Shown: positions 48,906 to 62,764 of the stretch, in pieces
Layout: every line of letters begins with the position of its first letter
How positions within the stretch are numbered: position 1 is the stretch's first letter
The notes under the pieces: model-generated
What the model saw: only the letters and a program-made list of their open reading frames with translations
Told to the model about the DNA's origin: nothing
Database searches by the model: none
DNA from: Camelus ferus
Taxonomy: Eukaryota
Direction of reading: 5' to 3'
Assembly: GCF_009834535.1 (NCBI RefSeq)
Contig: NC_045696.1
Location: 54,562,001 to 54,626,000 of the forward strand
DNA: 64,000 bases
Position numbers and translations under genes: made by a program

Positions 48906-51544
48906 AATAAATTCCATGAGCTTTCTTGGACACTCCAGGCCCCATAATGGTACTAATAAGCACATTTATTTCTTTGGGGAATTAAAACATTTCTAAAGTA
49001 TCTCTGTTATCTATTAGAGAAAGCAAAGCAAATTTTATTTTAAAAATTGCTTAGTCTTCTATTTTCATGGATCTTATTAGCACACTTCAAAACAATGCAT
49101 TTGTATTCACTTTTGAGTATCTGCCTCTCCATCATAGGCACTGGTCCTGCTAAATAGCTCCTTTGTTTCATGCCTAAGAGCTCTCCCTCCCTGGACTGTT
49201 CCTTATGCAGAACACAATTTGAGAAACACTGCTACATTATACAAAGATAAAACATTCCTATTTTTGACATATGGTTCAATTCTTCATTCTTGTTAAACAT
49301 CTGAAAAACAGCTTCCCTTTGATGGCTCTCAATTTAACGTAGCATTTGATTTATTTATTTGATTAAATATCTCGGTCTTTAGAGTATTGTTTTTGTGGAT
49401 TCATCTAAAAAGGGATATTTCACTATTTTATCTTTATGGATTTGGTTTATTTTCATTAAGTTCTGTTTCCATTTTTTCAATATTGAAGATGGAAAAACAA
49501 GCAGCCTTTGTTTTCAAATACTGAATATGTGCTTTGGTCTCTGGAGAACATAAAAGATGTAGCTACTTCTAGAATGGAATAAAGATAAGAGGCGATACCA
49601 AGAGGTTCAGCGAAACTTCCCAATTCTAATCAATTCACTTTAATAAGAATCTATTGAACATCTAAGTGCTATGTAGCTATATATGGAACCAAAGACAGTG
49701 CCTGCCCCAAGAGGCAATACTCTCCCCCACAGGGGAGATATACTATGCCCTGGGGAAACAACAGAGACGGTCAAAGCAGCTTCTGCATAAATGCTCTGGG
49801 ATATCAGTGGTCTACAAACCTATTTATTCTAAAGCCTGGAGATTTTTGATGGTCTTTCACTTAAATGCAAACGTAATGGCAAACAAAAAATAATGCAAAG
49901 ATCAACCACCATATTGGTGCCAAACATCAATGTCCCTGACTCTGACTTCAACACTATCTGGTGTCCTGTATGCTAGGATTGAGTAAGTCTTTGTTAACTC
50001 CTTTTAAACATTTATTCAAAAAGTTATTCCATGTCAGCACTTATTAATAAGCATATTCATAAGCATTTTTATAAGTTTAGAATAAAGAAGTTGGAGAAAT
50101 AGAAAAATAGAATTGTAGACCTGGAAGAAACACTCAATATCAGCCATTCACTCCATCAACACATGTTCCGTGCCTGCTGTGTCAGGCACTGTGCCTGGCC
50201 CTGTGGAACACAGAAATAAAATTCTGTCTCTATGTTCTTGAGAATTTACTACTCAGGAAGAGAGATGAGTGTTACAAAAACATAACCAGGTGAAAAAGAA
50301 AATCTGAACAGCTAACTCTTCATAGGTACCTTTGGGAAGAGAACTACTTTTGAAATGCGCCTGGATAAGCCACTTTGTATAGAGGGTGAGCACCCAATCA
50401 CAGGTGCTTTAAAAGCCTTGGTTATTAAGCATAAAATTAAAATGCCTTCAAAAAGTAAAATAACAGAATGAAGAGACTCACTCAGAAGGCAGTAGAATGG
50501 CAGTTGCTAAACGGGGTGAAATTAGTTCAGAACCCTTAGGTGTAGGACAGTCAAAGGAATATGTTAAGGATAGGAATGTCAAATATATAACCTTAAATCG
50601 AGCCTGTGCGCTGGGGAAATTAGAACCCTCCTTGTAATCAATCACAAGTTGAGTGGGTGATTGTTTTTGTTTTGTTCATTTTTACTGTGTACATTTGGTG
50701 AGTTGATAGATCTTGCAGGAAATGAGAAGGGTCCAAGTCTTGTATTTGACTAAATGTTGTTTAAAGGAGATAGCTTTCAGGACTCCAGAGGCAGAAACGA
50801 CCAGGAAATATAAGTTCCCTGGACAGTCACAGAAATCTTAGGGAGTCCGAGAAGGGCTTTAGTTTTCTCCAAGGTTACTGGACACAGAAAGTTCAAGCAG
50901 AGATCTTATTTGTTTACTGATATAAGTAATATATTACTTAAATATGTACTATAAAAACAGAAATGCAACTTAGAAAGCAATACCTCTTCCCCACCTTACA
51001 CATGTGTATACACTTAGCAAATTTCTAGATAACATTCTACACACATTATGAAAAATGATGGATTATTTCCACCTGGAGTAGAATTCTAGAAGGCTAAGTA
51101 GAATAGTAGAGATATGGAGGCTATCTCGAGAAGGACAATGAACAGCACTATGCAAAACAAAAATGTACATTAAACAGTAATTCACTCTTGTCAGATCAAG
51201 AAATGCTTAAAAAGATAAGAGAAAAGTAAAAAGAAATGGTTGTGCATTAATCATGAATTGCCTTAGATTCTAGGCTGGAGTTTGAACTTTACTATACAAT
51301 GAATAGAAAGTCAGAAACTTCCAGAATGTGGTGATATCATCAGAAATGTAGATAAAAATTAATCTAACAGTAATGGTGCAAAAGAGACAGAGATTAGAGG
51401 AGAAAACAGAGTAGGTGAGAAAGAATGATGGTTAAAATTATAGTAGTTGTAGCTAAAATGGGAGATGGTAATGGTTACAAGAGATACAATGGAGAAAACA
51501 GTGGGAATCTGAACATTTTGTAATTCACATCTGAATAAACTTGT

Positions 51545-51780
51545 TCTAACTTGGGAGAATCCCCCATTGTTTGAGTATTGTTGGAAACCAGGACTCCACT
51601 TCCCACTTTAGAACTTCACCCTTCCTGTTTCTGGTTCAGAGCAAAGACATGTAACTTAGGTTCAACTAATACACTGTTTTCTCTGAGGACTTTAAATCTT
51701 GACCACGTAATAATACAAAGAGTGATAATGGAAAGAGATCCAAGATGGTGACAACATTATCTAGCATCAGTGGTTTAAAA
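51545..51780 (+). mobile_element. Old ERVL LTR fragment (LTR33/LTR16-like); possible 3' part at ~53060-53270
   Basis: tgggagaatcccccattgt...gacatgtaacttagg...gactttaaatcttga, and at 53230-53270 ttctgcttaaattaggcagaattttcttttgtttgca. Confidence 0.4.
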
Positions 51781-51819
51781 TATTTCCTGAAAGGGTTGTG
51801 TATTCTTTTGTGTCTCCAC

Positions 51820-52470
51820 ATTCTCATATCCCATTTACTCCTCAGTCCCCTTCAATGGGGTTCTCACCATTATCCATTATTGCCTGATTGAAAAAGCATT
51901 TATTGAACTTCCAAGTAGCTCATATCTTGCTACAATGGTCCATTTGGTAGGTCAGCAGGATTTGACAAAGTTAGTCACTCCTTAATTCTTGAGTCACCTT
52001 CTTCCTCAATTTCTAGATTTCCTCCTGTATCACCAGTCTTATTCTCCCTTTATTTCAATGGTTTCTCTTATAAGAGCTCTCTGTTAGAGTACTTTGGGAT
52101 TAAGTCCTTAGCACTCTTCCCTTCTCAAATTGTGCTCACAATTTGGATGACCTCATTCTATTTTATGGCTTTAAATATCACACAGTATGTTTACAAAGCC
52201 CAAAATTGTATTTTCCGTCCTTTCTTTCCCACTGAAATCTAAGCATTTCCATATGATTGCTTAATAATCATCTCAAATTCCGTATATCCAAAATAGAATT
52301 ATTGATTCCCACTCTGATTCCTCCCCAAGTTGAGTGTCTATGGAGCCCAATGCAAGCTCTAGGAAATCAGATATCTTGTTACCCTTGTTTACTACTGTTA
52401 CCTAATACCTAGAATACTAACTAGCATGGAAAAGTTTAAAAAGATAAATATTGAATGAATAAATGAATTC
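51820..52470 (+). mobile_element. L2 element, 3' portion
   Basis: tcagcaggatttgacaaagtt...atggctttaaatatcac...catctcaaattc...tccaaaatagaatt...aaatattgaatgaataaatgaat. Confidence 0.8.
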
Positions 52471-53389
52471 TGATTTGAGCATATCTAAAGGGCACTTAAA
52501 AATCCCCCATACATTTTATGGATGAAGATACTGAGGCTGATTTAAATCAAGTGAATTTTCCAAGGTAATGGCACCATCAGTGTCAGGTTTGGCCTACTCA
52601 CTCTTTGACCATATCACACAGTTTCAGTTACTATCATTACCGCTTGTCCCCATATTTTAAGCCTGTCAAAAGAGCCTTGAGACTCAACGGGTCTGCTGTA
52701 AAGATTCCTTCCCTGTCCCTGAGTTTGGTCAATATACAAAAGAGGAACACAGCTGAGATTTCAGGAAGAACAAAAGGCTTCCCAACTGTACTAGATATCT
52801 GTGATGGGTTTTTTTCTGTTTTTTGTTTTGCTTTTGTGTTTTTGGACTGAGAGGTACCTAAATTCTCTTTCTTTTTCAAGGATGGATGCACACATTTTAG
52901 CCAAGACAAAACTCTTCTTTATGTTACAAAACCTGAAAAGGTTCAAGCATCCCCTCCTCTTTTCCTCTGGTGGTCAGATTACTCCATCAACCAGAGGTCC
53001 CTGCCCAGGACTTTTAAACATAACTTAGAGAAACAAGGACACAAGTTTCTCAAAGAGCTCATGCTGTTTGAGAATTTCTGGTGCTAGTGGTGGACATACC
53101 AAGGAAGGGGCAGATGTGCATACCTTCCAGTGATGAGGTATCAGTGGTAGCATTCCAGGCAGACTTGTGTCCTGACAGCTGGGCCCTCTGCTGCGCAGCA
53201 ACCTTTCATTCCTAGCTGGGACTGTCTACTAATTCTGCTTAAATTAGGCAGAATTTTCTTTTGTTTGCACTTGTACACACACGCACATGCATACACAAAG
53301 TTTGCATAGAATGGAGTTCACAGATTAATTCCTAAGCACAGTCATTACAATGAGTCATCACCCAGCTTACACAGTCATTTGTTATAATA

Positions 53390-53550
53390 CTTGGGGCATC
53401 ATACTGTTCTTAATTGTTTGCATGATTCTTGCTATTAATCTTTGAGGTCCATGAGGGCAGGGTATCTTATTATCTCATTTATCTTTTTACCTATAACACC
53501 TGAACCCTGTCTGGCATATCTTGTACATTTAATAAATGTATGTTCAAGAA
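53390..53550 (+). mobile_element. L2 3' end
   Basis: tgaggtccatgagggcagggtatc...tgtctggcatatc...aataaatgtatgtt. Confidence 0.7.
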
Positions 53551-54732
53551 AAGAGTTACTCAGTCTTTTAAATTGCTTCACATAGATGATATTAGCCAGG
53601 TGCCTCATTAGCCCACCTATGGATAGTTAATCACCTTGTACATCAAAGATCTTACCTGTGAAGTGGGTATACAAATCTCCTCTTATTTACTAGGGAGTTA
53701 CGAGTACTGCATCTAATAACAACTACTAAAAGGCACTCTATAAATGTCAAGAGGAAAAAATGTGTTGATGAAATAATGACAATTTATGTAATTTGGGTAA
53801 ATACATATTCACTTGTCTTCCTGGGCATCTCAAGGAAGGGAAAAATAGACAGGGAGGCATTCCAGAATAATCCTATTTCTCCATCAAAGCAGGGGCATCA
53901 CTGTAAGTAGACAAGCACCATATCCAATCTCCTTTTTAATAGCATTTCCTTCTGCTTGTTCTCCAGATCTTGGGAAATACACTTAATCCTCTATGTAAAG
54001 GCTGAGACAAATGTGGTGAACAAGAATAATGCCTTCAGCTTTGTTGGTACATGAGGGTAACTGAATAAAGAAAGGCTTGTTATCCCATGACTCCTATCCT
54101 GGGCTTATGAAGATGATGGACTGTGTAAAACTGCACCTCATATTCACACATTTGAGAAACTCCCAAAGCCAGAGACTGTTTCCTCCATTTATACAATCTC
54201 AAAGTTGCTCGAGTGTACTTTGTCAGTACACCATCCAGAATGAGTCTAAGGCCAGTCCTAGAGGCAGGGCATGGACTCCCAGAAAGACTGCCCTGATGAA
54301 ACATTAGACCTGAACCCTTTGACCCAAGGACAGCACATGCACAGGTTGCTGTTTTGTCTCCCATTGATCCAATCTGCAGTGACTTGTCCGGCATATCTAC
54401 AACATCCACAGGTTGCTGACTTCCTAATCTCAAGAAGGTGCAGCCAGGAAACTCAAAGCGCTCCCAGAATGTACCTGCCTTTTGTGCCTACCAAAACACA
54501 CCTGGGAGTACTAATTTGAGGCCCTCGTCAGCTGTGAAAGCAAAGTTGCAGCATCAATTAATTCACAATCAGTGAAGAGTTAAGTGTGTTTACAGACTGT
54601 ATGTTAGAAAGTCAAGGAGAATCTTGTACAGCTTTTCATTTAAGTGTCATCATAGGCTGGGGGGATGGCTTTGGGAGAAGTAGTGTTAGGTACAAAATTG
54701 TTCTAGAAGGAAAATTATCTCTGCTAGTCCTG

Positions 54733-54858
54733 AAAGAAAGAGGGAGGGGGAGGGAGGCGGAGGGAAGGAAAGAGGGAGAGAAGGAAGGAAGGAAAGGACA
54801 GAGTGGGGAGGGAGGAAGGAATGAAGGAGAAGAAAGAGAAGGAAAAAAAAAGAAAGAC
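54733..54858 (+). repeat. Purine-rich (GA/GGAA) low-complexity tract
   Basis: About 125 bp that is almost entirely A/G on the + strand. Confidence 0.9.
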
Positions 54859-56100
54859 ATTAAGGAACTACCTTGGTGTATATCTAGGGACTTCTGCTAT
54901 AGATACATAAAAGCTCCATGATATTTTTGTAAAATAATATAATCCAGATATTTCTAAAAGAACAATCCTGAATGCATTTAAATTGTGGAACAGAACAAAG
55001 AACAAATGGAAAACATATTGAATACTTTGACTTGTGTAAACTTTACCTGGTAAAAAAAAAATTGCCTGGTCTCTCTGAACTTTAATTGCCTCACCTTTTA
55101 AAATGTAGATGGAAAATAACTACCTTATAAGATTATTTTGCTTGGCACATAGTAGGCATACAAAAATATGTTCACATCTCTACCGTCAAGTCTAGTAAAG
55201 CATACATTTAAAACTAAAACCCCTGCTTTCACTTCACAACCCAACCTGGCGTTCAATACTGTGCTTGACTTTTTTAAATTCACAAACATTTCACATAATT
55301 TACATTTCAATGACCCGATCTGAGGTGCAGTGAGTGTATTCAATACTGAACACTGCAATCAAGGCAAGCCACCTTACTTAAGCTAACAAATGAGTACCCT
55401 TCACCACAGACCTATAATTCATCAATTTGCTCCTTACAGAATCAGAAAGGTACAAACTAAAGCAATTGAGGGCATAAAGACACAGTAAACTCTCCTTAAA
55501 TGCTTCCCCAACATCTAACAGTTACCCTCAGCAGGACACATTACCTGTTCTGTCTTCCCTAGGTCAATGATAAGAAACTGACTGGGGGTCCATGGAACTG
55601 CCTCTCATGAATCCAGATTGCCCGCCAACTGTTTAAGGCATCACATGAGTGGGTCTTTCACACCAATCAATGAGTCACTGCCTCACCAGAATTATTGAGT
55701 ATGTCAGAACAGAAGCTCTTAGAGTAGGAGAACAGAAAATTCTTCATTCTCTCCACTGATAAGCCAAAAAAGCAGTCTTCAGTAGTAGAAAGAAAGTCTA
55801 ACAAGACAATCAGACTTACTTTAAGGAGATCTTTAGGTAGGCTGTCCAGGGAAATCAGAGAAAAGTCAAGATTTCAGACCAATTTATGGTAGTTCAGTCT
55901 GGGAATCTACCTTTAAGCTTCTACTTATCACCAAGCAAACTCAGAAGCTGGGAAGTAAAGAATTCCTCAACCTAAGCAGACTTTAGAGGAGAGATAATGA
56001 ATGGGAAAATGTTACCATGAGCACAACATTGAGCACGTGTAAGGTATCACTATAGTTTCTTTCTGAGTTGCTTATTTTATGTTGTCATCTTGTCTCTGTT

Positions 56101-56161
56101 TGTATGTGTGTGCGTGTGTGTGCATATATACATATATATATATATGTATATATACACACAC
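56101..56161. repeat. Compound (TG)n/(TA)n/(CA)n microsatellite
   Basis: Seen directly. Confidence 0.9.
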
Positions 56162-56205
56162 AATTATATATTCAACTGTTTTGTCCCTATTTTCCAGTAA
56201 AGAAA

Positions 56206-56712
56206 TGTGGCAGACATTGTTCATCAGTTAACTCAGTTATGTTCTCAAGTTCCTTCTCCCATCTCACCTCTGCATTAAAGAAAGAAAAAGCAAAACAATC
56301 TTTTTTTCATCATCCTTTGTAGCCAGGAGTGATGTGCCTGAGATGCAGGACTGACCAATGAAGTGGCCAGTGAGATACAAGCAGAAGGCTGCTGAAGTCT
56401 ACTGTGAAGGCTTTTTTTTTTTTTTTTTCCTAATGATAGGGACAGATGAACTGCTTTTCCTCTTCCCTACTCCTTTCTATCTTGAATTTGAACATCTGCC
56501 TAGAGCTGAGGCAGCCATTTTGGGACTATGAGGCAAATAATCATTAGGAAAAGTCCAAAAGAATGGCAGTAATACTTACAGATCATGACATTACTCAGTT
56601 ACTAACTGACAACAGATATCAACCACTAATTTGATTATGTAAGAAAAATGAACTTCTATTTAAGACATTTAACTCAAATTTTAGGTTACTATTGAAAATA
56701 CATTCCCACCCA
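56206..56712 (+). mobile_element. Old MaLR LTR (MLT1I/J-like)
   Basis: tgtggcagac start, tggccagtgagatacaagcagaag, cctagagctgaggcagccattttgggactatgagg, ttatgtaagaaaaatgaacttctatttaag. Confidence 0.7.
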
Positions 56713-58509
56713 GAGTAATTTTGAGTGACTTCTCCCTTGTTTTTTGAGAATACTTTAATACATTTTCACTAAAAGAGTTAACTCTTGAAGACTAGACCAG
56801 TTGTTAGATCATTTGCTATCTTCTGCTGTGCCTTCTTTTGAAGGCCATAAAAACTATGAATAAGGAAAGAGTTCCACAGACTACAGGAAATTGCTAATGA
56901 TGTTTTCAACTGTAAGCATCAGTAGACAGAAAGTAGGGGTGAAAAAAAAAAAGGAAATTCTAAGACAAACAGGAAATAGGTGAAGCAAAAGAGAGACAGA
57001 TGCCAGACAGACAGATGAGCAGTAAAGCAAGTTTACTTTCTTCTTATTTTGAAGAAAGAGCCAAAATGAAAAGCTAATGTGAAATACAAACACAAAGCAG
57101 GGCCCTAAAACTGAACTCTTAAATTCAAACCTGGAGGTACTATCAAAAACACTAGTTAAGGCAAGTGTCCTTGACTTCATTACTATGCTACTTATTTCTT
57201 CTCCTTTTCCCATTCCTGATGGGCAACTGCCAACTTTTGCCCTCCCTCCTCACCTCCCTTCCAGTTTCCTCCTCCCCTTGCCCATTCACAACTCCAGATG
57301 GCTTGCGCTGACTGAAGATCCCTCAAGATGTCAACAGGAAGAAAGGATGACACAGTAAGTGGCAAGAAAGAAAGTCAACCATATCGAAGAAAGGCAAGCC
57401 ATATCTTCCTCACTAAGAGGATGAAACAAGGACCATGGGATTCAGCACATTTCAGATCCTGCTATTGGATGGGCAGTATGTGAAATTGCTCACTTGGCTG
57501 AAGATGTGACAAAACAGGGTCTTAAGTACAGGTTGTGAGTTGCAGAAAGCTGGTACATTTCTAGACTTCCTTGAAAGAAAAGTGGAACAGAAAATTAACT
57601 ACCCCCCCCCCACCAAAATACATACACTCAAATCTACAGCATTATGCATCTCTCAATTAAAACTGCTAAGAGGAATGGTAGAAAACTCGACCTCTACTGA
57701 AATTAATTGTAACGATTCTGCCTATGTACTCAATATAAAAGTGTTTGCAGCTTTTTAAATTCACAGAATCGCCTTCATTTAAATCTAGTGATAAAAATGA
57801 TAAAGAGTAACCATAAAAAATAAAAGGTTTGAATTAATTTTTTAATGTAGTTTTATTTTAGAGGAAAAAAAAAGACATGGGGAAAGATGCTATTCTTGTT
57901 TGAGATTATTATCCACAAATTTTTTTAAATGTACAGAAACAAGAAAGAAAGCATAAGGTAACAAAAGACAGGTATGTTTTTGTATTAGGTTTTTTGTTTT
58001 AAAGAGTGTTATGCACCACATTTATGTTACCTCTATCCCTTTCTGCTCTTTTTCCAAAGTTCAAAAACAATTGAGGGAAACACAACGTGACATCCCCTAA
58101 TTCATACAGACTATTCCACAAATTAACATTGCCATTCTAAGAACAACATTTGGAAACCTAATTAATATATTGCTTTTGGCAGCAGAACAGAAAAATAAGG
58201 CACAGCTTACTAAGTTCCTGTTCTTTGATGTGTGAAGCACAAGTCGTACAGTCTGAAACCATAATATCAGCATATGCTGTCTCCACATTCCATGGGGACT
58301 AGGAATGTAACATGGAAATAAGAAACCTCAGTAGAAAGTGCGGAGAAGAGGAAATGAGCAGAATTAATTTATAGAAGCTTTATATAGCTCAGTAGCATAT
58401 TGTATAGAGAGGGGAAATATGCAATTTTTTTTTTTTTTTGGAGAAGTTACTTAAACTTAACACACCATTAAGAGAGAGAGAAGAAAAGTGTATCTCCACT
58501 ACAGTTAAA

Positions 58510-58830
58510 AGATAGAACATGGATCAAAAAAAGGAACATAGATTTCAAAGCCAGGTTAATTGGGTTTTAGTCTGGGCTACATTAATACCTATGTTACCAA
58601 AGCTATAAATTATTAATCTGAAATTTTATACAAAACAAATACAGAGTTTTCTACATTCATTTTCTACAGCAGAGGGGTCACAGCTATAATCAAATTCTGA
58701 CTAGTCCACTACCCAGAAAATGTTAAAAACAATTATGCAAATTAATCTAACTTTGCTTTGGTTTTCTCATCTTTACAATGGGAATAAAAACATTTATCCA
58801 ACTCTAATCATTGTGAAGATTAAAAAGCAC
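58510..58830 (+). mobile_element. Two MIR fragments
   Basis: aggaacatagatttcaaagccagg...gggttttagtctgggctac, and ttggttttctcatctttacaatgggaataa...ttgtgaagattaaa. Confidence 0.6.
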
Positions 58831-61252
58831 ACTGAGAAGAAAAAATGCTTTGAAGAGTTAATATGTTCTTTAAATATCTATTTTATTTCTTTCATATATG
58901 TTAGAAAATTTACTTTTAATATGATTAAGGAGTTTTCTATAAATTCATCAAACAACACAGTTTAAAATTTTGTCTTTTTCTTGAACCTATGTAAGATAAA
59001 TATAAAATTCTTGGGTGTAATGCATCAGTAAAGAAAGAAGGATCTTTGTATGAGACTGTATTTGCTATTCTGAGCTTTCATTATTAAAGGCAATAACAGC
59101 ATTACCTATTCAGTGGTCGCAGAACGCTATTAAGAACCCCTTATTTTGGGTAATATATATCAGTGCATGTATGTTACAAAAGGCATAACAAATGTAAGCG
59201 AAGAAATAAGATCTTTTAAATGGTATTACCATGTAAAATAATACAGCTAATTAGTCTAACCAAAAGTTACGGTCAAAGGTGATTCTCAGAGTCCTTCAGG
59301 CACCACTGTGCACATTGACTTGTTCAAAATCTGATGAGCAAGCCTGTGCTTTGAGTTGCTATGATTTACTAACAATTGATAAGGGGAACATTTGATTAAA
59401 CCCCTCATTAATAGATTTTTGTTTTCCTTTCTGAAACAAACTCTTAGAAATTTGCTGTAAACATCTCATTAACAGGAATAGAGTGAGAGAGGATAATGAG
59501 TTTGTATCATCAATCAAGTTTTCAACTTCTATACCCTAGTCAATGCTCTCAACACTCTCTCAGTATTTAAAGTACAGAAAAGCAAAAGGAACTCAGTGTT
59601 TGTGAAGCCTCACTAGTATTCGCTGTAAATTAACTTACTTGGAACAACCAGCTCTGAGAACCTGCCATGGGCATCAGTAAATGTTGTGCAAATCCTATGG
59701 TAATTGACTGGAAAGATACCATCTCTTCAGAATTTCTAATTATGATCCTATGAAAACACTGACACAAAATAAACCATTTTGGAAGTAAGCTTCCTATCTA
59801 ATATGAAAGTGATATATAGTAAAGAGGAACTAATTCATTGTGTGAAAGATCAAACCTCACACAAAAAACATGTCTTAACTGCACACAAGAGATCTCAGTT
59901 AATATAGAAAAATAAAATTAAAGAAGATAGATCAAGATGGCAGAATAAGAGAAAGTGAAACATACCTCACCTAAAAAACACATCAAAAAAAAATCTATAC
60001 ATGGAACAATTCTCACTGAAAACTAACTAGAAAATGGCAGGACTCTGGAACACGGCTGTAAGAAAGATACACACTTAATCTAGGAGGAAAGGAAGGAAAG
60101 CAATGGGGTTGGGACTTGTGCCCCCAAGAGGGGACTCAGAGGAACAGGACATTATGTGGGTGGAGATTCACCCGAGGGAGTGAGCAGTAAGAGCCACAGA
60201 TCAGATCGGGTGTCCCAGTTCTGGAGTCCTATGCAGGGAAGACAAGCAAGCTTGGCTGGTTGGAGGACTGGTGGGACTAACAGGAAGGCAGTGAGAAGCC
60301 TGGACTCTGCTCACGAGGAAGCTGTGCATGCTGGCTTGCCAGGTTTCCTGCAACCAACTCAGCAAGGGCCCCAGCATGAGCCAAGTAAATGCTCAGGCCA
60401 TACCCACTCCACACTGACAGAGCAGCACTGGATCTGGGGTGGCCACAACCAGAGAGAACTCAACCATGGGACGCAGAGGCGAGCCAGTCCCTGAGCGGAG
60501 CCTGGGCTGGTGGAAGCAGCCATTGTTGGCAATTAATCAAGCTGCACACCTGAAACAGCTCAACTCTCTAATGGTAGCTGCTGCACCACAGCTCACCTCC
60601 TAACACACACTGACAGTCCACATAGGCCCTGCCTGCCTTGTGGTGTGGCTCTGTAATACAGCAGGGGCAACAAAGGCTGTGGGCACTGATGAGCTGTGAG
60701 GGTCAAAGGGGACTTGCACCCGAGACTGTATGTGAGTGGAGCAAGGGAAACAACTGTGGGCACCTGTGCAGGCAGCACATCAGTGATAACTCAGCCTTCT
60801 GTCTTATGCCGACATGAGCCAAGAGCCCACAGGAGCCCCTCCTGCTCCAGCACTCCCCACTCTGAGGCCAGGGTTCAAGTTCAGGGAGAGTGGAAAACAA
60901 ACACTTAATGGGTACAGAGCCAGGCTGGGCCTGAACATCAGACTTCTGCTCCAGCAACTTGGGATCAGAGCCCACCCCCGACAGGGAAGTGACAGCCACT
61001 GAGCAGAGTGAAAGTCTGGCCTCACGATGAATTCCAGCTTTAGCCTATCCATCTCCAACCCCATCCCCTACCAAGGAGATAGCTGAGAGCCACCTGAGGG
61101 AAGACATGACTTGTATCCATGTCAAACCTAGCTCTCCTATCAAAGGCACTGGGCAGAGAAGTCTGTACAGGGACACTTTTACGTAAGAGTATTGCCAGGC
61201 TGCAGTATGTAACTTTCACCTAAATTCATAGCGGCACAGAAAGTTTAGCAAA

Positions 61253-62319
61253 ATGAAAAGGCAGAGGAACTGTTCCCAACTGGAAGAGCAAGAGAAAACT
61301 CCTGAAAAAATAATAAAACAGAAATAAACAACCTACCAGATAAAGAATTCAAAGCATTGGTATATTAACTGAATTTGGGAAAACAATACACCTACACAGC
61401 GATAATTTAACAAGCCAGAAAATATAAACAAGACCCAATCAGAAATAAAGAATTCAATAGCTGAAATACATAAATAAAAACACTAAAAGGAGTGAAGAGC
61501 AGACTAAATGATACAGAAAAATATACACATGTTCTAGAAGACAGAATAATAGAAATCACCCTATCAGAAGCATGGGAGTGGGGGAAGCAAATTAAAAGAA
61601 ATATGAAAACAGTCTTAAGAGATCTCTAGAACAACATTAAGCATACCAACATTCACATTATAGGGGTCTCAAAAGGTGAAGAGAATGAGAAGGGGATCAA
61701 AAATGTATCTGAACACATAAAACAGATAAACAAGGATTCACTGTACAGTACAGGGAACCATAATCAGTATCTTATAATAACCTATAGTGGGAGAGAATCT
61801 AAAAAATATATGGATCATTCTGAGGTATACCTAAAACTAACAGCACTGTAAATCAACTGTATTTTAATTCAAAAAAATTTTTAAACATATTTGAGGAAAT
61901 TATGGCTGAAAACTTCCCAAATTTGAAGAAGAAAACAGATTCCCAGGTACAGGAAGCACAGAGAGCCTCAAACAAGATCAAGTCAAATAGACTTACACCA
62001 AACATACCATAATTAAAATGGCAACACTTGAAGATAAAAAATGAATTCTAAAGGCAGGAAGAGTAAAACAAGAAATCATATATAAGGGAATACCCCTAAG
62101 GTTAGCAGGTGATTTCTCCACAAACTTTGCAAGTCAAAAGGGAATGGCGTGGTGTATTCAAAGTGCTGAATGGGAAAAATCTTCAACCTAAGATATTCTA
62201 CCCAGCAAGATTATCATTTATAATATAAGGAGAGATAAAGAACTTCTCAGACAAGCAAATATTAAGAGAGTTCATCAATACTAAACCTACCCTTAAAAGT
62301 GTTAAAGGGTATTTTCTAA
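61253..62319 (+). pseudogene. Disrupted L1 ORF1 (ORF1p RNA-binding protein)
   Basis: Hand translation gives MKRQRNCSQLEEQEKTPE, EINNLPDKEFK, EIMAENFPNL, QVQEAQR and IFYPARLSF, which are L1 ORF1p motifs. It is broken by frameshifts, stops and a nested insertion. Confidence 0.88.
61714..61882 (+). mobile_element. Short L1 3' end (L1_Art-like) nested in L1 ORF1
   Basis: cagataaacaaggattcactgtacagtacagggaac...tcttataataacctata...aaactaacagcactgtaaatcaact. Degenerate TSD aaatgtatctgaa / aaacatatttgag. Confidence 0.85.
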
Positions 62320-62764
62320 GTAGAAAAGAAGTAAGAATCCATAGGAAAGGAAATATCCCTCTAGGAAAGTCAAATACATAACAAGAACTTAGTATTTACC
62401 ATCTATTAAAACCAGAATGAAGATTAAAAGACAAAAAACTGTAAAAGCAACTCAAACAACAATAAATAGTTAGGGATAAACATGAAGGTGTAAAACATGA
62501 CATCAAAAAAACAAAATGTGGAGAGGAGTAAAAAATGTAGATTAAAATATGTTTGAACCTAAATGATTCAATTTAAAACAAGTAGATACAGTTATAGGTC
62601 AACATATATGAACCCCATGGTAACCACGAATTAAAAAATTACAATACACAAAAACTAAAAAGAAAGGAAAACAATCATATTAATAAAGCAAATCATCAAA
62701 CCACAAGGGAAGAAACAAAAAGAAGAAATGAACAAAGAAATACAAAAAAGAAATGAGTAATAAA

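Noticed and set aside
60156..61064. Cluster of GC-rich overlapping ORFs
   Set aside because: They lie in the L1 5'UTR, where higher GC reduces stop frequency. No protein similarity.
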